Shown piece after piece: positions 50,361 through 60,104 of a DNA stretch of 64,000 nucleotides (positions within the stretch are counted from its first letter, which is position 1; each line of letters opens with the position of its first letter). Below the pieces are notes generated by a model. It was not told where the DNA came from. It saw only the letters and a list, made by a program, of their open reading frames with translations, and did no database searches. The position numbers and the translations under genes are program-made. Source of the stretch: Candidatus Atabeyarchaeum deiterrae (GTDB lineage: Archaea; Asgardarchaeota; Atabeyarchaeia; Atabeyarchaeales; Atabeyarchaeaceae); contig CP147780.1 in the NCBI GenBank assembly GCA_037310415.1, positions 352,001-416,000 of the forward strand, read 5' to 3'.

Positions 50361-50771
50361 GTGAGAAAAATGAAGATCCTCTTGACCAGTGGCAAAAGAA
50401 AAACTGCAATAGCAAGAGCCGTAGTAAAAGAAGGAAAAGGTAGGGTTAGGATTAACAACATCCCAGTTGAAATCGTAACACCTGAGCTTGCCAGGCTGAA
50501 GATGATGGAGCCTCTGCTTCTGGCAACAGATGACAGAGTAAAGAAAATAGATATTGACGTGGATGTCCACGGCGGAGGATTCATGGGCCAAGCGGAAGCC
50601 GCTCGAACATCGATCGCGAGGGGACTGGTTAGATGGCACAAAGATGCTAAGCTTAAGAAAAGCTTTACGGAATATGATAGAACGATGTTAGCAGGCGATT
50701 CAAGGAGAACTGAACCAAAGAAGTTCGGAGGACATGGGGCGAGAGCCAGAAAGCAGAAGTCTTATAGATGA
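50361..50771 (+). CDS. rps9: 30S ribosomal protein uS9
   Basis: [30 protein letters not shown]. Confidence 0.96.
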   Translation: MRKMKILLTSGKRKTAIARAVVKEGKGRVRINNIPVEIVTPELARLKMMEPLLLATDDRVKKIDIDVDVHGGGFMGQAEAARTSIARGLVRWHKDAKLKKSFTEYDRTMLAGDSRRTEPKKFGGHGARARKQKSYR

Positions 50772-50820
50772 AGTTAGGGTTAATTTGTCACTTCTCAGTC
50801 TAAGAACGGTGAGAACAAGA

Positions 50821-51030
50821 ATGATGATTCCAGTCAGATGCTTCACTTGTGGAAAACCCATAGGAGACAAGTGGGAAGAGTTTATACGTAGAACCAGACA
50901 AGGAGAAGAGCCCAAGAGGGTCCTCGATGAATTAGGAGTGAAGAGATATTGCTGTAGAAGAATGCTGTTGTCTCAGGTCGATCTATTGGAGGACATAATG
51001 ATCTTTACGCCGGGTCAAGAGGAGTCATAG
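50821..51030 (+). CDS. rpoN: RNA polymerase subunit Rpo10 (N)
   Basis: [18 protein letters not shown]. Confidence 0.95.
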   Translation: MMIPVRCFTCGKPIGDKWEEFIRRTRQGEEPKRVLDELGVKRYCCRRMLLSQVDLLEDIMIFTPGQEES

Positions 51031-51068
51031 CCTAAATTAGGAATAAAAGGACACTATAGTTCAATCGT

Positions 51069-51704
51069 ATGTGTGGAGAGAAAGCTATGTCCATGGAGAT
51101 TAAAAGCGAAGAGTTATTGATACCCTTAGACGACTATCTCGCAGCGGGAATGCACATCGGAACTCAAGTTCGAACTGAAAGCATGTCGCCTTTTGTGTAC
51201 CGGGTTCGTTCAGACGGACTCTATGTTCTTGACATCAGAAAAGCCGATGAACGCATACGGGTCGCTGGAAAACTAATAGCGAGATACGAACCATCTAAAG
51301 TCATCGCGGCCTCCTGCAGACAGTATGGTCAGAGACCTGTTCAGAAATTCAGTGAGTTAGCAAGAGCAAAGCCCGTGATCGGAAGAATAGTACCAGGAAC
51401 ACTTACAAATCCTTTTCTTGATACCTACATGGAGCCAGACATCATTATTATCACTGATCCTAGGGCTGACGTTCAAGCACTAGAGGAAGCACTTGTTATT
51501 GGAATTCCAGTCATTGCGCTATGTGATACCGACAATGTCGCGACAAACATAGACTTAGTAATACCGACGAACAATAAAGGAAGAAGAGCCCTCGCCCTGG
51601 TATACTCGTTACTTGCTCGCCAAGTTCTCAGGGAAAGAGGAGAGCTTCCGATGGGCAAGGAGATGGGAGTTACGGTAGACGAATTCGAATCTAAACAGGT
51701 TTAG
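51069..51704 (+). CDS. rps2: 30S ribosomal protein uS2
   Basis: YLAAG.HIGT, PGTLTNP, IPTNNKGR. Confidence 0.96.
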   Translation: MCGEKAMSMEIKSEELLIPLDDYLAAGMHIGTQVRTESMSPFVYRVRSDGLYVLDIRKADERIRVAGKLIARYEPSKVIAASCRQYGQRPVQKFSELARAKPVIGRIVPGTLTNPFLDTYMEPDIIIITDPRADVQALEEALVIGIPVIALCDTDNVATNIDLVIPTNNKGRRALALVYSLLARQVLRERGELPMGKEMGVTVDEFESKQV

Positions 51705-51883
51705 TCGACGCTTATTGAGCTCATAGCCCGAGAAAGCATAATGTCGAGGCAAACCCAGTGCGCTAATTTCTTTTATTATCTTGCGCATTTTTACAGAAAG
51801 AGATATCTCCATGATGGAGTGGGAGTTTGGACTATTTAGGAGGGTAATACCGCATCCAACACCATCCGAGTCACAGGAAAACT

Positions 51884-52306
51884 CTGGAGAGTGGCGTTAT
51901 TGCCACAGCGCCTGGCAAATTGATAATCGCGGGAGAACACGGAGTTGTCTACGGTAAACCAGCCTTGGCAGTGGCGATAGACAGGAGAAGCTATGTTAGA
52001 GTAGATGAGAGAAAAGACAAGAAGATAGTCATAGAGTCTGCCTCTCTGCATGTAAGAGGCGAATACGAAGACGGAAGATTCCAGACGCTCCTGGGAAGAG
52101 AGGCAACCAAAAAGATACTGGATCCAATTCATTTTGCCATCACAGAAGTATTGGAGAATGCAACTCAAAAAAGAGGGATAGATCTAAGAATAGACTCTCA
52201 GATCCCTGTTGGAGCAGGACTTGGATCGTCGGCTTCAACGATTGTTGCCACGGTAGCTGGAACCGCAAGACTCTTGGAAGTCAAGTTATCTCCCAAGGAG
52301 AGATAG
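51884..52306 (+). pseudogene. mvk: Truncated resident mevalonate kinase, N-terminal half
   Basis: ATAPGKLIIAGEHGVVYG and GHMP motif PVGAGLGSSA, then a stop at about residue 140; start probably CTG 51884. Confidence 0.8.
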
Positions 52307-52340
52307 GTTGACTACAATATTAGTATGGAGGAAAACAGAA

Positions 52341-53279
52341 TTGGGAAAAGGATATGGCTACGGTAAGACTATCCTTTTCGGGGAACACTTTGTGGTCTAT
52401 GGTTTGCCAGCGTTGGCATCAGCGCTTGGTGCAAAAACCACAGCCATAATCGATAGGATCCCACGCAAAGGGTATGAGTTGATTGACAACCGTCCCGAGG
52501 TTCCAGGATACAAGAAAGATAAGTACGAGGAACAACAGATTTCCATCAAAAACGTTCTCAAATTTATGGGAGTCGATACCGAAAAGCAGGGTCTGCGTAT
52601 CACTCTTGGTGGGGATCTAATCTGCTCAAGTGGAGTGGGGGCTTCAGCTGCTAGCTGTGTTGCGATAGCGCGAGCAATAACTGATGAATTCAAGCTCAAT
52701 TGGAATGATACAAGGATAAACGATGCGGCCTATGAAGGGGAGAAGGGGTATCATGGAACCCCCAGCGGAATTGATAATACTGCTTCAACATTTGGGGGAT
52801 TGGTGTATTTTGTCAAGAACATGAAGGGCGGTCCAAACACAATGGACACCACCAAATTGAAGAACGTCGTGGAACTTGTTATTGGCAGCTCCGGGATCAC
52901 CTCGGATACCAAAGAGGTGGTTGATGCTGTTAAAAAGTTGAAAGACAAGGATCCCAAATGGTTTGACGATATTATCGGGGAATATTCAAAATTGGTCGCT
53001 CAGGGGCGACAGGCTCTGGAGAATTTCGACTTGCCGCTAGTTGGAAAGTTAATGGACAAAAACCACACACTACTTCAGAAGATCACAGTATCGAATGAGG
53101 TTCTTGACTCAATGGTTGTGATCTCCAGAAAAGCAGGCGCTTTGGGAGCGAAAGTAACTGGAACAGGCCGTGGCGGAAACATGATTGCTTTAACACCCAG
53201 CGTGAAGCTACGAGACAAGGTTGCCAGCGCACTTCAAGCTGCTGGGTATGAAGTTTGGAAAACAACTATTGGCGCTTAG
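52341..53279 (+). CDS. mvk: Mevalonate kinase (second, complete, divergent copy)
   Basis: GKTILFGEHFVVYG, SSGVGASAA, HGTPSGIDN, GAKVTGTGRGG; GGAGG SD before TTG. Confidence 0.9.
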   Translation: MGKGYGYGKTILFGEHFVVYGLPALASALGAKTTAIIDRIPRKGYELIDNRPEVPGYKKDKYEEQQISIKNVLKFMGVDTEKQGLRITLGGDLICSSGVGASAASCVAIARAITDEFKLNWNDTRINDAAYEGEKGYHGTPSGIDNTASTFGGLVYFVKNMKGGPNTMDTTKLKNVVELVIGSSGITSDTKEVVDAVKKLKDKDPKWFDDIIGEYSKLVAQGRQALENFDLPLVGKLMDKNHTLLQKITVSNEVLDSMVVISRKAGALGAKVTGTGRGGNMIALTPSVKLRDKVASALQAAGYEVWKTTIGA

Positions 53280-53306
53280 CATGTGACATGGTGGTGGAAG
53301 TGAGAA

Positions 53307-54617
53307 ATGGATTTTCGGCAATATGTTGACAAACTAGAGAGAGAGGGAAACCTCTATAGAATAAGGAAAGTAGTTTCAGGTGATGTGGAGGCAGCTGCTG
53401 TTTTGAAGGCGGCTGAGCCGACACCTGTGCTGTTTGAGAGTATTAAGGAAAACAAAGGATTTCGGGTAGCTGGAAACGTCTTTTGTACAAAAGAAAGCAT
53501 CGCCAAGTACTTCGGAATCACAACTGCTGACCTAATCCCAAAACTCACAAAGGCGATTGACCAACGCAGCCAACCAGAGGAGACCAAGAACGCTCCGTGT
53601 CAAGAAGTCGATATGGGGACTGTCGACCTCAACAAGTTGCCCATTCTAATGCACAATAAAGCAGATGGAGGAAGGTACATCTCTTCGGCAGTGGTTATTA
53701 CAAGAGATCCTGAGTATGGACAGAACTTGGACTTCCACCGAGCTATGCAGATCTCCAACAATAAGATGAGTACTAGGATTATTCAGGGCAGAGATTTTTA
53801 CAAATTCCTTGAGCGAAATGAAGAAGTTGAGGCGGCATTCTGCGTTGGCAATACTCCTAATGTCCTGGTCGCTGCTGCGACCTCTGTTCAGACTGGAATT
53901 GATGAACTCTACATCGCAAACGCCCTTGAGAAAATGCGAGTTACAAAAGCGAAATCGGTGAATCTCATGATTCCCGCTGATTGCGAGGTAGTGCTCGAGG
54001 GTAGGGTTTTTATGAAAGAAAGAGCCGCTGAGGGGCCATTCGTCGACTTAACCGAGACCTTCGATATTATTAGGCAGGAGCCCGTTTTCGAAGTCCGTAA
54101 GATCACTCATAGGAGAGACCCTATATGGCAAGCTCTTCTCCCTGGTGCCCTAGAGCATAAATTACTTATGGGAATGCCTCGAGAGCCAACGATTTTCAAG
54201 AAGGTTACAGAGTCGGGTGTCAGATGCCTTGATGTCAATGTGAATCCTGGAGGATGTTCATGGCTCCATGCAATAGTCAAGATCGACAAGAAAAACGAAG
54301 ACGATGGGAAGAAAGCAATTCTTGCAGCCTTCGCTGGTCATTCGAGCTGTAAACATGTATTCGTAGTCGATAAGGACATTAACATCTATGATCCACTCCA
54401 AGTGGAGTGGGCGATGGCCACAAGGTTCCAAGCAGACCGGGGACTAATAAACAAAGGGAAGGAACCGGGATCCAGTCTGGATCCGAGTGCCGATCCGCAG
54501 ACCAAAATGACCAACAAGGTAGGGTTTGACCTGACAGCGCCACTAGTAACGAAGGGAAAGAACTTCGCTCGCGTTGAATTCCCCAAAGTTGATTTGAAAA
54601 AGTATATCGAGGAATGA
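53307..54617 (+). CDS. UbiD-family prFMN decarboxylase, probable anhydromevalonate phosphate decarboxylase
   Basis: DGGRYI, EGPFVD, VEWAMATRFQ, GSSLDPS; mevalonate context. Confidence 0.85.
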   Translation: MDFRQYVDKLEREGNLYRIRKVVSGDVEAAAVLKAAEPTPVLFESIKENKGFRVAGNVFCTKESIAKYFGITTADLIPKLTKAIDQRSQPEETKNAPCQEVDMGTVDLNKLPILMHNKADGGRYISSAVVITRDPEYGQNLDFHRAMQISNNKMSTRIIQGRDFYKFLERNEEVEAAFCVGNTPNVLVAAATSVQTGIDELYIANALEKMRVTKAKSVNLMIPADCEVVLEGRVFMKERAAEGPFVDLTETFDIIRQEPVFEVRKITHRRDPIWQALLPGALEHKLLMGMPREPTIFKKVTESGVRCLDVNVNPGGCSWLHAIVKIDKKNEDDGKKAILAAFAGHSSCKHVFVVDKDINIYDPLQVEWAMATRFQADRGLINKGKEPGSSLDPSADPQTKMTNKVGFDLTAPLVTKGKNFARVEFPKVDLKKYIEE

Positions 54618-54620
54618 TCT

Positions 54621-55796
54621 ATGAAACTAACTACTGAAGAGAAGAAGATGGCTGATGGCGAGTACGGCTATGCCACTCAGAAAGCGATGGAGATACTAGT
54701 TACCTTGGGGGAGATCTATGAAGCCGAACGGATGATTCCCGTTAGTTCAGTCCAAATCTCTGGTGTAAGTTATGCAAATCTTGAAGAAGCGGGGCTTGAG
54801 TGGCTGGCTGAGATGGCTAAAGATGGGAAGGTTCGTGTACTTACTACGTTGAATCCAGCAGGTATGGATCTTGAAGATTGGAAGAAACTTGGGATAAGTG
54901 AGGATTTCGCCAGAAATCAACAGCGTGTAATCGATGCGTTCTTCCGAATGGGGGTTATCACAACATGTACATGTACCCCTTATCTTGTCGGAAACGTACC
55001 CCACTTTGGTGAACACATATCATGGGGAGAGAGCAGCGCAATCTGCTATGCTAACTCGGTACTGGGAGCCCGAACCAACCGTGAGGGGGGGCCCAGTGCC
55101 CTTGGTGCAGCATTGACTGGAAGAACACCGGAATATGGTTTTCATCTGGACAACAAGAGACAACCACAAGTGAAAGCCCAAGTACAGGCAAAACTGAATG
55201 GGACATACGAATTTGGCGCTTTAGGAAAGGTTCTGGGCGAAAAGTTGGGGGAAAAGATTAGTTATATCACAGGAATCCCAAGCGCATCAGTCGAGGAACT
55301 CAAATCCCTTTGTGCTTCCTATGCTACCTATGGGGGAGTTGCCCTCTTCCACATTGAGGGGATCACTCCCGATAGAGTCAGCCAAATTCCTGTTGAAACA
55401 GTTACGGTTACGGATGAGGACATTAAAGCTGCGATCAATGCTTTGAATCAAGAAACATCTATCGATTTTGTCAGTATTGGTTGCCCACACGCGACATTGG
55501 CTGAACTCGAATACATTGCCAACAAATTGAAAGGAAAACAAGTGAAGAAAGAGGTCTGGATAACGACTGCACGCCCTACGAAGCAAATGGCAGACCGGAT
55601 GGGTTTCACCAAAATGATCGAAGGAGCTGGAGCCAAGGTTGCTGCAGATACTTGCTGTGTCGTGGCTCCCATAAAAGGGAGATTTGTTGGATTAGCCACC
55701 GACTCAGCTAAGGGCTGCTATTACGGATCAGGGAAAAACAGGTTCAAGGTAAAATTGATGTCCATCGATGAATGCATTGAGGAGGCGCTTAGGTAG
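54621..55796 (+). CDS. Aconitase X catalytic subunit, probable phosphomevalonate dehydratase large subunit
   Basis: SGVSY, TTLNP, CTCTPY, ESSA..YANSV.GARTNREG, GCPH, DTC. Confidence 0.88.
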   Translation: MKLTTEEKKMADGEYGYATQKAMEILVTLGEIYEAERMIPVSSVQISGVSYANLEEAGLEWLAEMAKDGKVRVLTTLNPAGMDLEDWKKLGISEDFARNQQRVIDAFFRMGVITTCTCTPYLVGNVPHFGEHISWGESSAICYANSVLGARTNREGGPSALGAALTGRTPEYGFHLDNKRQPQVKAQVQAKLNGTYEFGALGKVLGEKLGEKISYITGIPSASVEELKSLCASYATYGGVALFHIEGITPDRVSQIPVETVTVTDEDIKAAINALNQETSIDFVSIGCPHATLAELEYIANKLKGKQVKKEVWITTARPTKQMADRMGFTKMIEGAGAKVAADTCCVVAPIKGRFVGLATDSAKGCYYGSGKNRFKVKLMSIDECIEEALR

Positions 55797-56186
55797 ATGC
55801 AGCTAAAAGGAAGAAAAATCTACAGAGGCAAAGCAGAAGGGGAAGCACTCGTAACGAAACAAAGCATCTCATTCTACGGTGGTGTTGATCCGTCAACTGG
55901 AACGATTGTGGAACGGGGACATGAGCTAGAGGGAAAATCGATCACGGGGAAGATCCTTGTATTCCCGACGGGAAAGGGATCGACTGTTGGCTCCTATGTA
56001 CTTTATCAAATGTCTAAGAATGGCAAAGGACCGAAAGGACTCGTCCTAAAAGAGTGTGAGGCAATTGTGGCAGTCGGATGCATCATTGGCGGAATCCCAT
56101 GCATTGACCACATAGACATCGAGAAGCTAACCACGGGTAAACACCTCATCCTAGATGCGAACAAATCTGCTTTGGAGTTCAAGTGA
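55797..56186 (+). CDS. Aconitase X swivel subunit (DUF126), probable phosphomevalonate dehydratase small subunit
   Basis: SFYGGVDP.TG, GKGSTVGS. Confidence 0.88.
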   Translation: MQLKGRKIYRGKAEGEALVTKQSISFYGGVDPSTGTIVERGHELEGKSITGKILVFPTGKGSTVGSYVLYQMSKNGKGPKGLVLKECEAIVAVGCIIGGIPCIDHIDIEKLTTGKHLILDANKSALEFK

Positions 56187-56302
56187 AAACCCTCAGATAA
56201 CCTACAGTTCCGAGGAATCCAAAAGTAGGAAAGAAATTCGCACCGCTGACCAATGGGCATCAATGCCTGTACGGGACTAACACGTAACCTTTCAGCTTTG
56301 TT

Positions 56303-56480
56303 CGAGACACCGATTTGAATAAGTCAACTACCACCTATTGAAGTAGGTGGTTTGTGCTCGTGGTGAGGAGCATTGTTGCTAACTAGTGCTTGCTCACCGT
56401 CATGGCACCGGACGGGCTGGTTGACAGCAGCCTCACTCTGGGAAAACTGGACGGGATAAGGTGTTTGAGCACGTTGTTTG
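56303..56480 (-). ncRNA. Putative TnpB omegaRNA (reRNA) overlapping the tnpB 3' end; guide predicted from the flank, TTATTCAAATCGGTGTCTCG
   Basis: Known IS200/IS605 architecture plus the terminal hairpin; 5' boundary uncertain. Confidence 0.5.
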
Positions 56481-57680
56481 GTGGTCCGCTCCCAGAGCAG
56501 TTTAGCGATGTTCACCGACGCGTTTCTATCCGCGTTGGCGGCGAACCCGCAACCGCATTTGAACCGGCTTCCGTTCCTAACGCCTCGTGCACCGCACTTC
56601 GAGCATACCTGCGACGTGTTCCGTGGACTGACCAGGCTAACCTCAACGCCTTCCTGCCAAGCTACGCTCTGAATCGCCTGCCTAAACATCGAGTAGGGCA
56701 TCCGCTTCACCTTCCGGTTCGACTTTCGACTGAGCTTCGTGCTCTTCGACCCCTTGAGGTCTTCTACGGCGATAGTGCCGCCGTGTTGTTTGGCGAGGAC
56801 GACTATCCTATGCGCTTCTTGGTAGCACCTCGTCTTGGCGAAGTTGTGCTCATATCCTCTGAGTTCTCCGAGGACGCGCCGCGCCCTTCTAGAACCCGTA
56901 GAGGCGTGAGCCTGAAGCTTGGAGCGACGGACGCCAAGGTCGCGCTTAACCCGCCACACATCGCGCCCAAAGTACAGCTGCCGTCCAGCTCTCCCGGCGT
57001 TGAAGACCGTCACGGCAGCGAGGGTGCCGACCCCGACATCCACGCCGACAGCCACACGACTTGTCGTGGGTTCGGCGACCGCGAATGTTCGCTTAAGCGT
57101 GACCCTGGTCAACTGCGAGTCGAGCAGTTTAAACTCGGTGAATGTCCAGCCGCCTTGGAGCAGCTGCCCGAGTCTTCGCCACGCGCCATCTTTGGCGACG
57201 GGTAGACCGAGCCTTCCATTGAGCGTCGCCACACTCAGAACCGGATTGCAGCGCTTTGTCTGGGTAAGCGAGGCGCTTCGTGGAACGTTGTAGGAGACTG
57301 GCAGGCGCCTGAACCCAGAGATCTTGTGCTTCCGCTTCGCCCAGACCTCGCGTCGAGCTGCGCATACGAGTTGGGCTGGAAGCTCGGACTTCTCGCACAT
57401 TTTCGTGTAGGTGAGGTGGTGGAGCTGGTTTTCCGTGTGTGGCTTCTCGGACTTGAGAGTGGAGAGGACTTCGTTGGCGACGCCAACGTATTCGGAAAAT
57501 AGAGAGAAGAGTTTATTCTGCTTCACCCTCGTCAAGGGGAGTAGGTTCAACTCTACGGACCTGATAACCTCTCTCCACACACTCAAACACAAAGCATAAT
57601 GTTGCCGCTAGTGTCTTAAGAACTCCCAGAAGGAAGGAGCAATTCCTTCACCGTTTGAAAACGGTGGTCTCCTTGCTCCA
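56323..57680 (-). mobile_element. Non-autonomous IS200/IS605-family (IS1341-like, tnpB-only) element
   Basis: Right end hairpin CCACCTA-CTTCAA-TAGGTGG followed by TAGTTGAC; left-end hairpin GGAGCAA...CACCGTTT-GA-AAACGGTG...TTGCTCC at ~57636-57679; visibly more GC-rich than the flanks; no tnpA. Confidence 0.82.
56324..57592 (-). CDS. tnpB: TnpB RNA-guided endonuclease
   Basis: RuvC-I VGVDVG, RuvC-II IAVEDL, zinc finger CSKC...CGC, RuvC-III ADRNAS.NI. Confidence 0.9.
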   Translation of the reverse strand: MCLSVWREVIRSVELNLLPLTRVKQNKLFSLFSEYVGVANEVLSTLKSEKPHTENQLHHLTYTKMCEKSELPAQLVCAARREVWAKRKHKISGFRRLPVSYNVPRSASLTQTKRCNPVLSVATLNGRLGLPVAKDGAWRRLGQLLQGGWTFTEFKLLDSQLTRVTLKRTFAVAEPTTSRVAVGVDVGVGTLAAVTVFNAGRAGRQLYFGRDVWRVKRDLGVRRSKLQAHASTGSRRARRVLGELRGYEHNFAKTRCYQEAHRIVVLAKQHGGTIAVEDLKGSKSTKLSRKSNRKVKRMPYSMFRQAIQSVAWQEGVEVSLVSPRNTSQVCSKCGARGVRNGSRFKCGCGFAANADRNASVNIAKLLWERTTKQRAQTPYPVQFSQSEAAVNQPVRCHDGEQALVSNNAPHHEHKPPTSIGGS

Positions 57681-57688
57681 ACGACCAT

Positions 57689-57772
57689 GATGTTGGGAGA
57701 GAAATCGAAAAGGCTGGAGGAACAGTGATACAAACTAGCAAGACTGAAGGAGGGGTAGCGACAGAAGGCTAG
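57689..57772 (+). pseudogene. Probable C-terminal remnant of the resident mevalonate kinase
   Basis: DVGREIEKAGGTVIQTSKTEGGVATEG* resembles the archaeal MVK C-terminus (IE.AGG......T..GV); same strand as the N-terminal fragment. Confidence 0.6.
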
Positions 57773-57788
57773 ACCGGAATGCCGCAGA

Positions 57789-58643
57789 TCAAGGTAAAAT
57801 CGAAGTACCCACTTTCTCGCCTCTTAGAGCCTTTAAGATGTTACCTTCTTGGAGAGCATTAATCACCATTGATGGGATCCCCAGCCTCGCGATAGACATT
57901 AGCTCTTTGAACTTTCTGCCCATGCCCCCGTCGACATCCAGACTAGAACTCTCCCTCGGACTGAACTTATCTTTCTCAGACAGGGTTATTGTCTCGACGA
58001 GCTTAGCTCTGGAATTCTTCTTCGGGTCATCCGTAAAAATCCCTTGAACATCTGTACCTGCAATTACGAGATCCACGTCCTTCAGCTCTCTTGCGCACAG
58101 GTAAAGTATGGTATCACCTGAAAGGACGCTCGCATCTCCATTTTGATCAAAAACAATGTCCCCGAAGAGAACAGGCGTGTAATGTTCAACTAATCGCTCT
58201 AATCTGGGACAGTCAAACAATGCATCAATACCAACCCACGGTCGTTCTGTGTCCCTGCTAGTGACAGTAAACAATGAATGAGGAGGAATGCTGACCGCCG
58301 GAATACCACTGCTGAGCATCTCATTCATGAAAATGGTGTTCTCTAGCTGAACAGAGTACAGAGTCAAAGGCCATCCGACTAGTCTCTGTTCGAGAGGATC
58401 TACTTCAAGGAAACTACTGACTGGGAAATGACCAAATATCCCTGCTCCATGGACTACGATCAAATATCCAAGGTTAGGAAGGCAAGTTTTTATTTCTTGG
58501 CAAATTCTCCTAACTACTTCAGTATTCATAAATCTGGTCGCATTATCCCATATTCCCTTTGGGCTGAGCGGGAAATTCGTGGAGCCCTTGTACGTAACTA
58601 TGCTACCGCCCAGTTTCAGTAGAACATTCTTTCTCTTCGCCAT
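57789..58643 (-). CDS. ipk: Isopentenyl phosphate kinase
   Basis: LLKLGGSIVTYK, VHGAG.FGH, PVLFGD, LSGD, DV.GGM..K. Confidence 0.88.
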   Translation of the reverse strand: MAKRKNVLLKLGGSIVTYKGSTNFPLSPKGIWDNATRFMNTEVVRRICQEIKTCLPNLGYLIVVHGAGIFGHFPVSSFLEVDPLEQRLVGWPLTLYSVQLENTIFMNEMLSSGIPAVSIPPHSLFTVTSRDTERPWVGIDALFDCPRLERLVEHYTPVLFGDIVFDQNGDASVLSGDTILYLCARELKDVDLVIAGTDVQGIFTDDPKKNSRAKLVETITLSEKDKFSPRESSSLDVDGGMGRKFKELMSIARLGIPSMVINALQEGNILKALRGEKVGTSILP

Positions 58644-58813
58644 AGCCTGGGGCACCAGCCTCAACATTAATAATGAAATCGAAGATTAGATTCTTCAAGA
58701 GGCAAAACTACAATATAATACTACTGCGTTCTCGTTTCCAACTAGGGTTGATCTGAGATTAACTGATGTTCTGATCCTCGCTTAGAGATTGGATTTCCTG
58801 GAGGTAGAAAAAG

Positions 58814-59986
58814 TTGAGAAAAAGTGCCGCAAAACCGAGGGAAAAAGAACAGATACCTCCGAACCGCCTCACAAGTGAGAGGAAACTCGACCATATTCGT
58901 ATATGTTTAACCAAAGATGTGCAAGCGTTGCAGAAGAAAACCGGATTCCAGGATGTTGAACTGATTCACAATGCCATTCCCGAAATAGATATGAGTGAAG
59001 TGAAGACGGAGACAGAACTATTCGATAGGAAACTGGCTTTTCCCTTGATTATTGCTGGAATGACTGGCGGACACCCAACAACCAAGAGAATCAATGAGAC
59101 TCTGGCAAGGGTTGCACAGGAAACAGGGATTGGCATGGGTGTGGGAAGCCAGAGAGCAGCCATTGAGGACGCTTCGCTCGTGGAGACCTTTTCAGTAGTC
59201 CGAAAAGTCGCTCCAGACATACTTGTCATAGGTAACTTAGGCGCTCCTCAGCTTTCCAGAGGATATGGAGTCAGAGAAGCCAAGAAAGCTGTCGAGATGA
59301 TAGATGCTGACGCATTAGCGATCCATCTCAATCCACTTCAGGAAGCAGTTCAACCAGAAGGGGAAACAAGCACCAAGCAGACATTCAAGAAGATTGCTGA
59401 TATCGCCGACCAACTTGAGGTCCCCGTCATAACAAAAGAAACAGGATGTGGAATCGCTTACGAACAAGCTCTCAGATTCGCTGAAATCAACGTAAAAGGT
59501 GTTGACGTCGGCGGAGCTGGCGGAACTAGTTGGCCTGCAGTGGAAGCCTACCGACAGCTTGGCAAAGGAACTAATAATTGTGACGCTATCCCTCTAGGTT
59601 TCACTTTCAGAGATTGGGGAATCTCGACTGCCGCCAGCATCGTTGAAGTCTCGACTGTTGAGGGGTTAAAGACAATAGCGACTGGCGGAGTAAGAAATGG
59701 AATAGATGTGGCAAAAGCGATCGCGTTAGGGGCAGATGTTGCAGGAGTAGCACTACCTTTTCTGAAGCCCGCATACATGGGTGATGAAGAGACTCTCAGA
59801 GCTATGGTTCTCAGAATAGCAAAAGAGCTGAGGACTGTAATGTACTTGACAGAGTCGCGGAATACAGATGCCCTAGGAGAAGCAAATCTGGTGCTGGGAG
59901 GAAAACTGTCGGAGTGGCTCACGATGCGAGGATTCGAACCGAGGCAGTATGCTAAACGGAGAAGGTGGATACAAAGAATGAAGTGA
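58814..59986 (+). CDS. fni: Type 2 isopentenyl-diphosphate isomerase
   Basis: RK.DHI, MTGG, GSQRAA, HLNPLQEAVQPEG, KETG.G, GGTSW. Confidence 0.95.
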   Translation: MRKSAAKPREKEQIPPNRLTSERKLDHIRICLTKDVQALQKKTGFQDVELIHNAIPEIDMSEVKTETELFDRKLAFPLIIAGMTGGHPTTKRINETLARVAQETGIGMGVGSQRAAIEDASLVETFSVVRKVAPDILVIGNLGAPQLSRGYGVREAKKAVEMIDADALAIHLNPLQEAVQPEGETSTKQTFKKIADIADQLEVPVITKETGCGIAYEQALRFAEINVKGVDVGGAGGTSWPAVEAYRQLGKGTNNCDAIPLGFTFRDWGISTAASIVEVSTVEGLKTIATGGVRNGIDVAKAIALGADVAGVALPFLKPAYMGDEETLRAMVLRIAKELRTVMYLTESRNTDALGEANLVLGGKLSEWLTMRGFEPRQYAKRRRWIQRMK

Positions 59987-60104
59987 CAAGCCATGACCTG
60001 AAAAGTGCATCAAACACATTTCGAGCACAAGCCTTTTATGTGAATCTGCTTTACGAAGATACCACCAGTCCTGACATGAATCGGAGATGATCCTCTGATA
60101 AGGG

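Noticed and set aside
50054-50641. Long antisense ORFs over ribosomal protein genes (e.g. 195 aa)
   Set aside because: Opposite strand of well-conserved genes; no independent coding signal
52300-52315. TAGGTTGAC at the mvk truncation point resembling the IS right-end motif
   Set aside because: Short match, opposite orientation and no hairpin; insufficient to call a composite transposon end
56390-57205. 271-aa plus-strand ORF antisense to tnpB
   Set aside because: Shadow ORF in GC-rich DNA with no motifs; tnpB explains the region
56187-57788. CRISPR array / Cas12f system around tnpB
   Set aside because: No direct-repeat/spacer array or cas genes seen; IS-type ends are present instead
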